Virus record (IMG/VR): IMGVR_UViG_3300006754_000026
Location: 1 to 52,889 of that record
Source: a virus
Lineage: Duplodnaviria; Caudoviricetes
Reading direction: 5' to 3' (one strand)
DNA: 52,889 nucleotides
Of this stretch, positions 15,302 to 26,878 are shown one piece after another. The position numbers were made by a program, and so were the translations under genes. The first letter of the stretch is position 1; each line of letters begins with the position of its first letter. The notes beneath the pieces were generated by a model. It did no database searches. It was not told the DNA's origin and was given only the letters and a program-made list of their open reading frames with translations.

Positions 15302-18214
15302 TTAGTGGTCGGAAGGAAAGACGGGGTTTAGGGCAAAGTTGGGACTTTCGCCCATGCTGTCGACTCCGCAGTTTGCCGAATCTTGTGGAGTGAATTCCAC
15401 CTTAAAAGCCACATTTAAATCCATCTTTTTACCACTCTTTTTAGAAGTTAATCTAATTTTAAATTTATTTCCAAATAAATCTTCATCCTCTCTTCCTAGT
15501 CTCACTGGAGTTCCGTTGGCCCCCACTGGTGTATCCATATCAGTACGGTCATAATCTATAATCGACTGGCCCATGGTCGGTTGAATATTTAACATTTTTT
15601 TAAGTGGTTTCGAATTTCGTCGTGGCGAGAGAGCGGGCTTCATCTGTATTACTTTAATAATAGGAAAAATAATACCATCATTGCTTACCATCAAAACGGA
15701 AAAAACCGAGGTAGGATTAGAAAAATGACCATGTCGGTCTATACACCGAAACATATAATAATACATAACATTAGGCTGAATCATGTCAACATAAGATGCT
15801 GCGGATGCCTTTTGGGGGCTTTTGACATCTACATCCGTCTCTACCGTCGTATGAAGCATTTCTTTAAAATCACTATATTTTTCGGGTAGTTTGGTGGTGC
15901 GAAAAATCTCAAAACGATCAATTGGATCATCGGTAGTATAGCGTAGGCGCATGGTGCCTGGTAATTGTTTTCCTTGGCGTAACCTCTGGATAGCTTCAAT
16001 TTCGTAAGGCTGATCTAAAATAATGGGGTGCAACAGATATGACCCAATATTGGTATTTAAATTAATCTTTATTTTGTTATCGTGACCCTTTAAAGCTACA
16101 AAATATGCATCGGGGAAAACGGGGGGATTATCAATAATCCTTCCACGGCGGCCGTAAAGGGGGGTTTCAATAATTCGCAAAGAGGGACGCGTGATGGCGA
16201 CAAATTTGGCTTCGTAAAGAGGTTGATCGATACCATCCAGATTGGGAGCGGGCAATGTAAAGTCAGGCTTAGTCGCGGGCCTCACTGGTATCTTCATGCC
16301 ACCGATCGGTGGACGATATCCTGTATTATGTCCGGTAATTCCGTCTTTCTCTGGATTGGGGGTTTGGCCCGGGGCACCGGGTGATGTATAGTTATCATAT
16401 GCATGTTTGTACGTCGGCTTGGCGGCAAAAGCAAGTCGGAGTTGACCGTTGGCAACAACACCTCCATCGATGGCCCCTTTATAATAAGCAGATCGAGTTT
16501 CGGCCGAGATCGACGAGGGTGACGGGCTTGATTGTACTAAGATTTCATTGGGCGCCTCGTCTGGATTGGTACCCCCATATCTCCTATTTCCACTGGCGAC
16601 TCGCGCATCGGTGTCCGAATCTTGTTGAGATTGAGACCCGCCGCCTATTACGGTTCCCTTGTAGGTATTGGCGGGAGCGGGGGCGCGGCCGTCTCCGCGA
16701 CCGCTAGGCAGGTCACCGGGAGTTTTCAAAAGCGGCTCATCACCTTCAGGTCCATCGGTAAATGCGGTGCGTCCATATCTTATTAAAGAACCTATTACCA
16801 GATTATACCCAAAGATTATATAAGTATATTCTCTATCATATTTGACTTGACTGTCAAAATATTTAACTATATCCATATCGTTGGAGTTGGGTATCCATAT
16901 ATTTTGGATAGGGGTACCTGTCGTAGCTCCATTTTTATATTTGGCGATACGATAGGCCACAGTTTCATTATAACATTTCTTACCGTTAGTAATCTCTGCG
17001 AAGCTTCGCATGTGAGTTTCGATTAAAGTTTGAATCTTTCCAGCAAAAATCAATAAAGATAAAATTTTCGCAAAACCGGATTGGATATTTTTTGCAGTTA
17101 AAACAGCTTGACACTGATCTCCCATGAATATTTCATTTCCTGCAGAAGAATTCGCAATCTGATCATTTAAAAAAGCGGCCCACCAGTCTAACAATTTAAA
17201 TCCAGGCATTGCGGTGCCCACCTCGGCATTCACGTTTAAAGGATTAAAATCACCTATACCAAAAAAGGAACCGTTGCCGCTCATATCACTACGATCGCCG
17301 CTCTGTAAAGTTATATAATCGTGACGATCAAAAGAGTGAGAGGGAGACAAATTCCTCACCAATAATGAAATATATTTTAAAAGCGAACTGCTCAATTTAG
17401 AATCTTTTAAAATTTGAGCAAATTCAGTCCGACTATCAGTACTAAACTCTATTTTACTTACCATCGGAAAGATATTAACATATTGCTCTATATCTTTTAA
17501 AATATCAATATTTTCCATTGGAAAAATAATATTAGCATAGCGACGAGCGATTTGCATTCGATTGGTGCCCGTGGTTTGGGCGAGTTTTTGAGCCACCTTT
17601 TGATAGAAGCCCTTACTCCGACATTCTGATGAAGTTTTCATTAAACTGGTTAATTCAGCTTCTTGTAGGGGTAGGATACCGGCTCCTGTCATTAACCATT
17701 CAAAGAATGGATCGGTATTATCTGCGTCATTAGAAATATCCGCATAAATGTTAGGCAAAATAGTTTCAGGAATACTTGGCATACTCGTTACAAATTCATA
17801 ATCCCGGACAAAAAAATTATATATAAAATCTACATTTCCATACGCTGCGCCATGTTGTTGGGCGGCCATGCTTTTTTTCGGAACCAAGGCTTTTAAATCA
17901 AAAGCAAAATCTCTAAAGGGAGTAGACTGAGTATGGGAAGAAAATTGTTGTACATATTTCTTCCAGGCGGCCATATCTTTAAAATAAGCGGGATTTCCTG
18001 TAATTTTAATCTCTTGTCGACCCTCAAACCATGGTGGATAGTTTAATTTATAAACTTGTTCAGTTCCGAAAGTAATATTAGTTATAATTTGCTCGTCTGA
18101 AGCTATGGGGTCCCCATATGTTTCGCCGTTCCAGTAATTCCCCGTGTCTCGACGAAATATATCACGAGTAGCTTCAGTGCTCTCTGCAGAAACTATAATT
18201 TTAGTGTCGGCCAT
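15302..18214 (-). CDS. Large putative virion protein with central Pro/Gly-rich linker and possible FN3-like C-terminal region
   Basis: 970-aa ORF; FEIFR...YVD...PNVMYYYMFR resembles FN3 strands; TAATG coupling. Confidence 0.65.
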   Translation of the reverse strand: MADTKIIVSAESTEATRDIFRRDTGNYWNGETYGDPIASDEQIITNITFGTEQVYKLNYPPWFEGRQEIKITGNPAYFKDMAAWKKYVQQFSSHTQSTPFRDFAFDLKALVPKKSMAAQQHGAAYGNVDFIYNFFVRDYEFVTSMPSIPETILPNIYADISNDADNTDPFFEWLMTGAGILPLQEAELTSLMKTSSECRSKGFYQKVAQKLAQTTGTNRMQIARRYANIIFPMENIDILKDIEQYVNIFPMVSKIEFSTDSRTEFAQILKDSKLSSSLLKYISLLVRNLSPSHSFDRHDYITLQSGDRSDMSGNGSFFGIGDFNPLNVNAEVGTAMPGFKLLDWWAAFLNDQIANSSAGNEIFMGDQCQAVLTAKNIQSGFAKILSLLIFAGKIQTLIETHMRSFAEITNGKKCYNETVAYRIAKYKNGATTGTPIQNIWIPNSNDMDIVKYFDSQVKYDREYTYIIFGYNLVIGSLIRYGRTAFTDGPEGDEPLLKTPGDLPSGRGDGRAPAPANTYKGTVIGGGSQSQQDSDTDARVASGNRRYGGTNPDEAPNEILVQSSPSPSSISAETRSAYYKGAIDGGVVANGQLRLAFAAKPTYKHAYDNYTSPGAPGQTPNPEKDGITGHNTGYRPPIGGMKIPVRPATKPDFTLPAPNLDGIDQPLYEAKFVAITRPSLRIIETPLYGRRGRIIDNPPVFPDAYFVALKGHDNKIKINLNTNIGSYLLHPIILDQPYEIEAIQRLRQGKQLPGTMRLRYTTDDPIDRFEIFRTTKLPEKYSDFKEMLHTTVETDVDVKSPQKASAASYVDMIQPNVMYYYMFRCIDRHGHFSNPTSVFSVLMVSNDGIIFPIIKVIQMKPALSPRRNSKPLKKMLNIQPTMGQSIIDYDRTDMDTPVGANGTPVRLGREDEDLFGNKFKIRLTSKKSGKKMDLNVAFKVEFTPQDSANCGVDSMGESPNFALNPVFPSDH

Positions 18215-21200
18215 TAAAAAATCTCCATTTTAATTTTGGCGCCCTGTTCGACGCGAAGGTTACTCTGAAACGAGGGATTTGAATCTCCATCCGCTCTACT
18301 CTGAGCTTCCAGTGCTCCCAAACATTTATATCCGCTGCTTAATCTCGCAAGTTCGAGAGGGTTATCTACTTGCGCCGGGGCAGATTCCGAAGGTTGTATT
18401 TTCCAGTCATTAGGCGATTTAGATAAAAGGAAATATTGATCAAAATATTTAACATCGATGCCGGGGGATGTGCCAATGCCTAAAATTGTATTAGTATATT
18501 GTCTAAATCGGCACAAAAGGAGCTTTCCAAGCATTAAGGAATTAAAATGTTTTTCTTCGAGAGATTCAAACATGGGAGACATCATTAAAGGGAGGTCACG
18601 TCCTGGAGTAACAGTACCGCGAGATCGCTTGCCCGGGTTAGAAAAAGAATTTGTAGTATTATAACCAGTAAGAACATCTACTTTTGCAATCATATTATAA
18701 TTATATCGGGCGAATTCGGATGTTTCAACGTTGGTGAACACATCAATCTCTAAATCTGACCAATTATTTATGGCCACGGGTGTTTTTTCCAAGATTAGTG
18801 CTCTGTATTGCATGGGGACCTCTTTCATAACAGTCCTAGCTTCTTCGGCAGAAAGAGGGGGTGCGGATTGTTCGGCGCTCGTAGGTGGGCGTGACCCTCT
18901 TTGGGAGGTGTTCTCAGATCTCCCTCCGCCATATCGGCGCGCATAAAGTAGTTTTTGGACTACATTGGAACTATCATTTAAATTATAATTATTTTGTGTC
19001 GTAATGGAAGATGGAGCATAGGGGCTCGGATATCCATCGTCACTTTGGGTGTTGGATAGATTTAAATTACCATTGTTAACCACTGTTTGAATAAATAAAA
19101 CACTTAAAGGCTCTATTTGTTCATCGTTGGTGATTGTGTCTGTTTCTACTATTTTTTCTTCGCATCCCGATTGGGCGCGGGAGCCTATATTTTGATATCT
19201 TTGTAAATCCGAAGATCCCAAAATCTCTCCCACTCCAACAAAACCTGGATCCGGTGATGAAGATTTTTCATAAATTTGTCCTACTATTTCTTGAAATTGG
19301 GTCACCGTGTTTCCCACTAACCTAACTCCAAGCTTGCTCAATATGAAGTCGCGTGCATTATTTCCATTATCCGATGTACTCTCATTTGCTTGGGGTCCCG
19401 TTGGAGAGGGACACGGGGGCGAATCATATTCGCCTGTTGAAGAAGCCACCAAAGCATTGGTTAAATCTATATAAGGAGCAAACGGGGGATTACAATCGGC
19501 TCGGGATCCTCGATTAACTACCTGATCGTTTCCACTATAGCCACCCCGAGCGGTACAATAAGAATATTGAACATCTTCTAAATGTTCCAGTCCTTTGGTT
19601 CCTTCGGAGATCCCCGAAGTTGACGTGTCTCCTAGCTGTTCTTGTACAGAGGCTAAATCATCTAGTGTCCAATATAGAGAATTTTCCTCGCGGATTCGGT
19701 TTTTAAAATCATTCGTAGTAATTCCTTTCAAACCAATAGCTCCGGCCTGATTGGGGACTCCCAGATAATCAAGCCCCAGATCGCTGGATTTATTGCTATT
19801 CCAGATTTCATTAAAATAGCGACTGACGGTTATTAGCGCGGGCTTTGTTTGGTGTCTTATATTTTTTTTCGCGGCGCCTCCGGAGCCAGCTTGTTGGGTA
19901 TGAATTTTGGGCCCCAGGATATACGTCAGCTTGGTTTCCAATGTTTCGAGCAAAGTCTTAAACGACGCGATGCCCTCCAAACTCCCTGTTTGGGGGTTTA
20001 TAAAAGAATAAAGTCGCAGAGCTAAAGCGATTATCTCAGGAACCGTTACTAAGGAAGTTAAGATATCCACAAAAATAGCTATTGTTTTAATCCACGGTTT
20101 ATTAGCAAGCCTAATCTTAGAATAGTATTTCTTAATATAAGGGGTTTTAAAGCGTTGAGAGGTGCGATTATAGGATTTGGGCATATTAGCAATCGAATAA
20201 TATAAATCGAGTTCCTCTTTAATCTGAATGAGTCGTTTAAGTTGTTTATTTACAAAATCAACGGTCCCATCTCTAATCTCTAGCTGTATCCCATATTGAT
20301 AATAACCGTCCGTCAAGTCAGTCGCATTATAATCGCTTACCGTAAACGTTCTAAAGGTGGTTCCCATTATAGGGGGCAACTCTTTGATGGCTCCGATGGG
20401 AGATAAATCATGCCGCGTGATCTGGATTGCCGTTGGGTTCAAGACTGTGCGTAGTTCGTGGGCCCGACCGGATTTCGAACGCTTATCGCCCGACATCACT
20501 ATTATATCCTCCGACTCTTGAGAGTCTATTTTAATCTGACCTCGGACGGGGGTCCCTAAGCGATTTTGGCCAGTTCCGACATGGACGCGTCTTCGCATTA
20601 TTTTTAAAATTTTAATAGGAGAGTTTTTATAAATTTCGATTAAAGCCTGTGGATTAGAAGCTTGGTCAATAATGCTGCCAAATTGACTCTGGTCACGTAA
20701 AATACGATTATAATCCATCTGGAAAAGTAGCTTACTTTCCCCTTGTTTATTCCCCTTTATTCCATACGAAATAAATGCGTCTGAAAAATAAACATCCGGA
20801 GAATTTTGAATAACCCTTTGGGTGCCTGCCTTTCCTTGCTCGATAGTGGAAAATATATTGGCGGCTGGGGTTAGATCGAAATCCATAAGTTGAAGCATGT
20901 CTAATTCGCGGTAATCTTGGATTTTAGTGTTGGCCATTTTTGTGCGTATTAAATAACGAGAATTCGAAGTATGAACCGCGCCAGTCATCCACTTTCTACC
21001 TGAAGATTTAGTATATCCCAGCGCGTTGGCGTCGTCAATGGCAGCGCGGGCGGCTGTAGCGTTGGGGCGCATGCGATGGACTGGTCCCGGCCAGACTTCA
21101 CCACCCTTCTCTAGCCTATATTCATACGTTTCTAATTGTAGTTCTCCTCCTTTGATAACTCGTTCTCCAACCACTTTTCCTCGTACTTTATCAGCCTCTC

Positions 21201-21825
21201 CTTTCCCCAAAAGAAAGCCCATATGATAATCATCTACAAGGGATCTTAAATCTAAATAACAAAAAGCAAAGTAAGAAAGATGAGGAGGCTTCAGTTTATT
21301 GATAGAGAAACTCACATGATAATCAACACTAAACATTCGTTTATTGTTTGCGGTATCAATACTAATAAAGTCTCCCAAAGAAGTATTTTCTTTTTTAACA
21401 GATATATTTTTAATATCATAGAACTGTTTATTGTTCTCATTGTTTAGAGCATTCCATTGACCTTTTGCCAAGGCTGCGCTTAATCCTGGTGCTTTACTTT
21501 GAATGACTTTAATGGTCAAATATTTGGTTAAATCTTCGTTATAAAACCAACTTGTGAGTCCATTTTCATCTACATGATCCATCATACTTAAAGATAATAT
21601 TATTTTTAAAGTTTTATCAGGGTCATCGGATGCTCTCCAAAAATCCGCAGTAGACCCCGCTAATTGTTGGAAATTCATGGGTGCATTCCATGTACGGCCT
21701 TTTCCCAATAGGCGCTCTTCAGCTGTTTTGGTATTTTCGGGGGTAGCACTTGTTTCCAGCAATATATTAGTTATAAATACATCGGGTAAGAAAGCACTAT
21801 CTAAATTGTCAAGATTAATATTCAT
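18214..21825 (-). CDS. Large hypothetical (putative virion) protein
   Basis: 1203-aa ORF in the structural module. Confidence 0.7.
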   Translation of the reverse strand: MNINLDNLDSAFLPDVFITNILLETSATPENTKTAEERLLGKGRTWNAPMNFQQLAGSTADFWRASDDPDKTLKIILSLSMMDHVDENGLTSWFYNEDLTKYLTIKVIQSKAPGLSAALAKGQWNALNNENNKQFYDIKNISVKKENTSLGDFISIDTANNKRMFSVDYHVSFSINKLKPPHLSYFAFCYLDLRSLVDDYHMGFLLGKGEADKVRGKVVGERVIKGGELQLETYEYRLEKGGEVWPGPVHRMRPNATAARAAIDDANALGYTKSSGRKWMTGAVHTSNSRYLIRTKMANTKIQDYRELDMLQLMDFDLTPAANIFSTIEQGKAGTQRVIQNSPDVYFSDAFISYGIKGNKQGESKLLFQMDYNRILRDQSQFGSIIDQASNPQALIEIYKNSPIKILKIMRRRVHVGTGQNRLGTPVRGQIKIDSQESEDIIVMSGDKRSKSGRAHELRTVLNPTAIQITRHDLSPIGAIKELPPIMGTTFRTFTVSDYNATDLTDGYYQYGIQLEIRDGTVDFVNKQLKRLIQIKEELDLYYSIANMPKSYNRTSQRFKTPYIKKYYSKIRLANKPWIKTIAIFVDILTSLVTVPEIIALALRLYSFINPQTGSLEGIASFKTLLETLETKLTYILGPKIHTQQAGSGGAAKKNIRHQTKPALITVSRYFNEIWNSNKSSDLGLDYLGVPNQAGAIGLKGITTNDFKNRIREENSLYWTLDDLASVQEQLGDTSTSGISEGTKGLEHLEDVQYSYCTARGGYSGNDQVVNRGSRADCNPPFAPYIDLTNALVASSTGEYDSPPCPSPTGPQANESTSDNGNNARDFILSKLGVRLVGNTVTQFQEIVGQIYEKSSSPDPGFVGVGEILGSSDLQRYQNIGSRAQSGCEEKIVETDTITNDEQIEPLSVLFIQTVVNNGNLNLSNTQSDDGYPSPYAPSSITTQNNYNLNDSSNVVQKLLYARRYGGGRSENTSQRGSRPPTSAEQSAPPLSAEEARTVMKEVPMQYRALILEKTPVAINNWSDLEIDVFTNVETSEFARYNYNMIAKVDVLTGYNTTNSFSNPGKRSRGTVTPGRDLPLMMSPMFESLEEKHFNSLMLGKLLLCRFRQYTNTILGIGTSPGIDVKYFDQYFLLSKSPNDWKIQPSESAPAQVDNPLELARLSSGYKCLGALEAQSRADGDSNPSFQSNLRVEQGAKIKMEIF

Positions 21826-21832
21826 ATCGTTG

Positions 21833-21841
21833 ATAACTAGT
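21833..21841 (-). promoter_or_regulatory. Candidate late promoter (ACTAGTTAT) overlapping the upstream stop codon
   Basis: Same core as 7336 and 15243; 7 nt before ATG 21825; no obvious SD. Confidence 0.35.
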
Positions 21842-22913
21842 CTTTTTTATTATATGTGACGTGAGGAATTTCATCAGGAGAGTCCGTGTTGCATACTTCA
21901 GTATCCGCGAACCCAGAGGGTCCATAGAGAGTTTTTCGTCGAGGCGGAATCGGAATGTCCGGGCAGTTAAGTTCCTCGTCCACATAAATCCCCAATGATT
22001 TCAAACGAGTGATCGATTGGCATATTTCCCCTTCATCTATTTCATGATCTACATATAAATTAAAGTAATATTCCACAAACGAGGGATCCGGTACATATAG
22101 ATAGGATAAGTCGGGCCTTGGTGTTAAAATATTATTACTAATAGGGGAAGGATCCGGTAAAAAAGATAGGGGAATTAATATTTCTTTTATTTCTTGTTTA
22201 ACGGGGTCAAATTCTTCTTCTATTTTGAAAACTTCCATATCAAAATTTTCTCGACTAAAAATACCATTCTCTTCTTCTAAGGTTAATAGAATGCTGGCCG
22301 GAGTAACTTCTATATAATTCCCCTCCGACGAAACCCCCAAATTCAATTCTTCTGCTTGCTCATATCTATCAAAAACACCCTCATTTATTTGAGCTTCGGA
22401 TGCGTTGGCAATATTCATTATTTTTGTTTTATAAACAATTTCCATTTCTATTTGAGGAATCTGGAGTTGTTGAAATGAATCAGATGTGACAGCTGAAGAG
22501 CCACTAATCTCTCCATCGTAGACTTGTAATTTGAGCCGGGGCGCTTTATTGAAATCTAAGTTAGCAGTCCCCAGCGGTGCCGTTAAAGAATAAAGTTTCT
22601 CTGGGACCGATTGCATTTTAATCCGATCTAGTTCGCTCATTTTGGGATCTTGGCGAGCATTATAATATTGAGCAAAATCAGTTTCCCGACTAGTAAAAGA
22701 GTGTTGAGTTTTCATGCGGGGTGTATTTTCCTGGATCCGGGGCTCAATGTCATTTTGTACTTCTCTAATATCTCCACATTCTCCATCATATAAAATATCA
22801 TTATCAAAAAATGCATAATATACGGGCTTCCATTTTCCAATAGATAATAAATATTTACCATATTGAGTTAATTCAATATCTAATACTTCTTCTTTGGGAT
22901 TAAAAAACGTCAT
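21837..22913 (-). CDS. Virion structural protein, N-terminally paralogous to 14278-15222
   Basis: VLDIELTQYGKYLLSIG...YYAFFDNDILYD; ATGA overlap. Confidence 0.65.
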   Translation of the reverse strand: MTFFNPKEEVLDIELTQYGKYLLSIGKWKPVYYAFFDNDILYDGECGDIREVQNDIEPRIQENTPRMKTQHSFTSRETDFAQYYNARQDPKMSELDRIKMQSVPEKLYSLTAPLGTANLDFNKAPRLKLQVYDGEISGSSAVTSDSFQQLQIPQIEMEIVYKTKIMNIANASEAQINEGVFDRYEQAEELNLGVSSEGNYIEVTPASILLTLEEENGIFSRENFDMEVFKIEEEFDPVKQEIKEILIPLSFLPDPSPISNNILTPRPDLSYLYVPDPSFVEYYFNLYVDHEIDEGEICQSITRLKSLGIYVDEELNCPDIPIPPRRKTLYGPSGFADTEVCNTDSPDEIPHVTYNKKD

Positions 22914-25900
22914 GATTTATCTTTATCGTCCTTTGTAGTTAGGCCCCAGGCGCCTTTTTTATTCTTTTCTTCGCGCTTTTCTTTCCTTCTCTCTTTGCGT
23001 TGTTGGTTCTTCTCTTCACTGGTAAGACCAGCATCTTCGGCCTGAAGTTGGCCCACGGGATCCTGTAGGGCGCGGGTTGATTTAACCCCCACATTTATTA
23101 GATTAGACACACCATCTGGTGCCACTTGCTCGGTTCCACCCGGACCCGGTAGTTTTCGTTCGTTGTGTAATTCGGTACCAAACCCCACGGTTGCCTCTAT
23201 TTTTGCACATTCTACCAAAGAAAAATAGTCGTAAGGCCAGTTATAGCTCTTCTCATATTGTGTATTGCGTTTCTCATCAGTATTATATTTGACCACTTTA
23301 CTAAAATATTTATTATTTGCGCGTTGCTTTACTTTAAATACCATCCATTGAACTTCGTTTTTAAGAGATTCTTGATGGAGGCCGACAAAACTTCCCATTA
23401 ATTCGTGTGATAATAATTTGTGCGCGATTGATGCTTCTTGGTAGACAACCTTCTCCCCTATAGAGGGCAACACATTTTGCCATATCTTGGCCAAGTCACA
23501 TTGAGATAAGGTGTAGGAAAAATCAAAAATATACATAGCAAAAGGAGTAATATCTGTATAAGTAAGAAAGTCCATGCGAGGCGGAAATATAAACTTTTTC
23601 ATCTTATTTACCATATTTAGGATAGTAGGTTGCTGTACAAAACCCACGTTATCTGTTACGGTGTTCGCTCCGGCATTCGCTGCTCCTTGAGCCACCGCGT
23701 CTCCTACTTGTTCCTCCGTTAAAACATCATTTTCGGCAAGCTCTTCCAACCCATCGGCTACGGCTTGCGCTGTGGCAGCTACAGCAGAAACGGCTTGAGA
23801 AACTGCATCCGTGCCGCTTAAATCACCTGACGCAATGGCAATATGTGCTCGCGGGATTTCAAAAAATTTTCTTTCCCCATCTCTTTCTAAAAATGGGACT
23901 GCAACAATGGCTTCGGATATAACGCGGCTGTGAGAAGTTTTACCCAATCTGACTTTCTTTTTAAATCCCATAACGTCAGCCAACGAATGAAGACCGGGAT
24001 CGGTGGTCTGTTGCCAGGGTGGGGGAGTCATGGTGGCATCGCGACCATAAAACCATCCTTGCGGATCCGTAATCCCCGGTCCTTCTTCTGATCCCCAGCG
24101 AGTGGCGCCCGGGAACCAATGTGGGGGGCCCAATGGCGTATGACCTCCAGCGAAGGTATCCCACACAAAATGAGTATTCAAACGCCCTTCCCTATAGCGC
24201 TCTGGGATACTGTCAACTTCTAAATAGATACCGCGTTGATCATCTATAACTCCAAATTGATGCCACATCCCGCGCGGTACAGATTCGGATCCGTGTGTTG
24301 GGATCAACAAGGTATTGGGAACCAAAGAACTCGTTGTCGTGGATCCCTGGCTACTCTTAATATGATTAAAATTATAATGAGGAGTTTCAAATTTAGTTTG
24401 AATGGTCCACCTATCATCTTTTCTGCCAAATAGATTAACCGAAGCATTTATTTGCATAGCATAAGAGTTCGCACATAATCCATCCATGGGGTAACGATCG
24501 GCCCCCCAGTTGCCCTCGATGCTGACGGCTCCGGCTGCTCCCGAAGGAGATCCCCAAATAGCTATCTGCCGCGCGCCGCCTTGAGAGCCTCTGCCGAAGA
24601 GATACCAGTTGTTGAAAGCTGACGGCGGCGGGTATACATAGGGCAGAGTCAGATTGTTAACAGTTTCTCCGTTGGGGGCGCATCAATTTAAAAAAAAGAG
24701 AGTTTGGTCACCGCACAATAAAGGATCAATCCTCTGTAATATTACCATTGAGTTGTCTTCAATTTCAGCAATTGTGGGGCGGCCGGTACGTTTGGGGCGA
24801 AAAATAATATCGGCCCACCCTTCACCGTCTTTATAGGCAGGCGTAAATGCACTATAAAGACCTTGAGTACTATCTGAAAGTTTACGCCCATAATTATGCG
24901 TTCGGAGGGCGCCCCCTTTTGTTGGCCAGTGCTCACCCCCCTCAAATCCCCCTGCGCCTGCAAGAGGAGGGCCAAAGGCCGAAGGTCGGGAATATAAAGT
25001 AAAGGTTTCTCGCAAAGTAGATGCTCGGTGGATCGGGTCTTGAGGCATATCCCAATCAATAAATTTTTCTGCTGGATTTTCCGGTGTGCCCCACCATCGT
25101 ATATGATTCATGCTTCTATAAAGTTTAACGCGCATTGCATAGTAATTCCCCGATGTGACCGTTTGAAAATTTTCTTCTTTCTCGGACTGCAGGGAACTAA
25201 ACTCACCATCTTGTAAAAAGAATTCCGGAATAGCGGCTAAATAATTATTAATTGCTCTTTCATATAAATCATTTTCACGAGTTCCATCCCACGTATTACT
25301 CAATGAAATCCAGTGACTCGCACTGGTGGGATAGTTTTTCCATCCTTGGGGATTGCCGACGATTCCGCCGGGGCCCGGGATGCCCGAAGGCATGCCAGCT
25401 AACGAACGATTATAGAATCCATAATTATATCCCGCATCGGGATTCGGCTCCATATCAAAAATTTCTTTATTTGCCAAATAATTTTGGGGTTCTAATAAAG
25501 CTTCAAATGGTATTCTATAATCAAATCCTGCCATTCCGGTACCAGAAGACGTTCCCAAAGCGAACACTTGAGTCCCAGTTACATCCGGGGCGGCGCCGGA
25601 GACTGCAGTTGTATAGTTTACGATTCCGAAGGAAGATGTATAAATCGGGTAATCTACTGCCATACCAGCTTTGATAGTATTATATAAGAGGCCCGGGCCA
25701 AACAAAGTACTAAAAAAGGGACGATTTTTAAAAGCTACAGCTTCATTATAAACTGGTGAGGAGACACTCAACAATGAGTCGATCCAAAATCCATACGTGA
25801 AAGTTACAGGATCCGCATCCAATGTTTGTATAAGGTTGGGCGCAATGGCTCGTTTGGCCAAATGAGCAATCTGGAGGCTTCTTTCTGAAGGATAAAACCC

Positions 25901-26878
25901 ATCATAGGGGATCATTTTCATTAAAACTTTGCAAGTTAATTTAATAGTAGTGGGGTCCACAAAATCCTTATGATCTGATTGAACACGTTCGAAATGATTC
26001 ATAAAATCAGAATTAGAATATATTTTATAAAAATTGTTTTGTGAACTATTTTGGATATTTTTGGCCTCAATTTCAATGGCTTCATTGTTGGTACCAGGTA
26101 TCCACATTTTATCATTTCCGGTGACGCCCGGAATAGTGAACTCGGACGGATTGGGAACTAAAAAGTCTCCCCTATTTTCTATTAAATAATGTTCTAACCA
26201 CTCACTCAACCGGAATTCGGGAATAATAGAAAAATCTTTATTGCTGGGGCGGATATCTTCACTATAACCTTCATAGTCGTTATAAGAAGGATCAATGGTT
26301 TCTCTCAATCTTGTGACGAGGCCCTGTTGGGAGCTTGATACCACGAGTGGATACGATCCTAGACAATCAGCTAGTTTGTTCGATTCCCATAAAGCGGTTC
26401 CCCCATAAAGTTGGGGCGCGCCCATGGGGTGAGATTGGGTAAGGGGAGAAGCCTCATTATATCCATCAATATTCTTCATTTGAATGCTTTGAGTTTGATG
26501 AATATTCATCCCCGATGAGGGTGAGAAGGAAAATAAAGACGAAAGAGTGTGGCGCCGATTGTAGATGGGCCCTGATCCCGGAGAATCACGGTCGCTGACG
26601 AGGAGCGTTCCGTTCGCAAAAAATGTACCAGTAAAACTGCAGGTTATATTCGTATATATATCCCCCAGATTGGAATGAACAGTAGTATAATAATTCTGTA
26701 ACTCGCCTGGGTCTGGGGGGTTTAACACAACAACTGAAGATCCTCCTATTTCTTGAGAGGCGGGGCAATAACAAGCCGGGGCGACCTGCATATTTAAAAA
26801 ACGCATAGAGGCATCTAGAGACCACGCACTTTGGGAGCAGATGAGTTTATCTTGTGAATTATATACATTAGCAGCCAT
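22910..26878 (-). CDS. Large virion protein (1,322 codons) interrupted by one in-frame TGA at 24685-24683
   Basis: ORFs 24683-26893 and 22910-24487 share a frame (offset 1773 = 591 codons) and 24488-24682 has no stop. Start ATG 26878 is supported by GGAGG and TAATG coupling. Confidence 0.7.

Noticed and set aside
24488-24682. Intergenic ncRNA, intron or DGR template in the apparent gap
   Set aside because: The region is open in frame with both flanks; no reverse transcriptase, matching repeat or intron features were noticed
24655-24700. -1 frameshift at U UUU UUA / U UUA AAU as the way past the TGA
   Set aside because: The -1 frame reads KLMRPQRRNC and stops, so it cannot reach the downstream coding region alone
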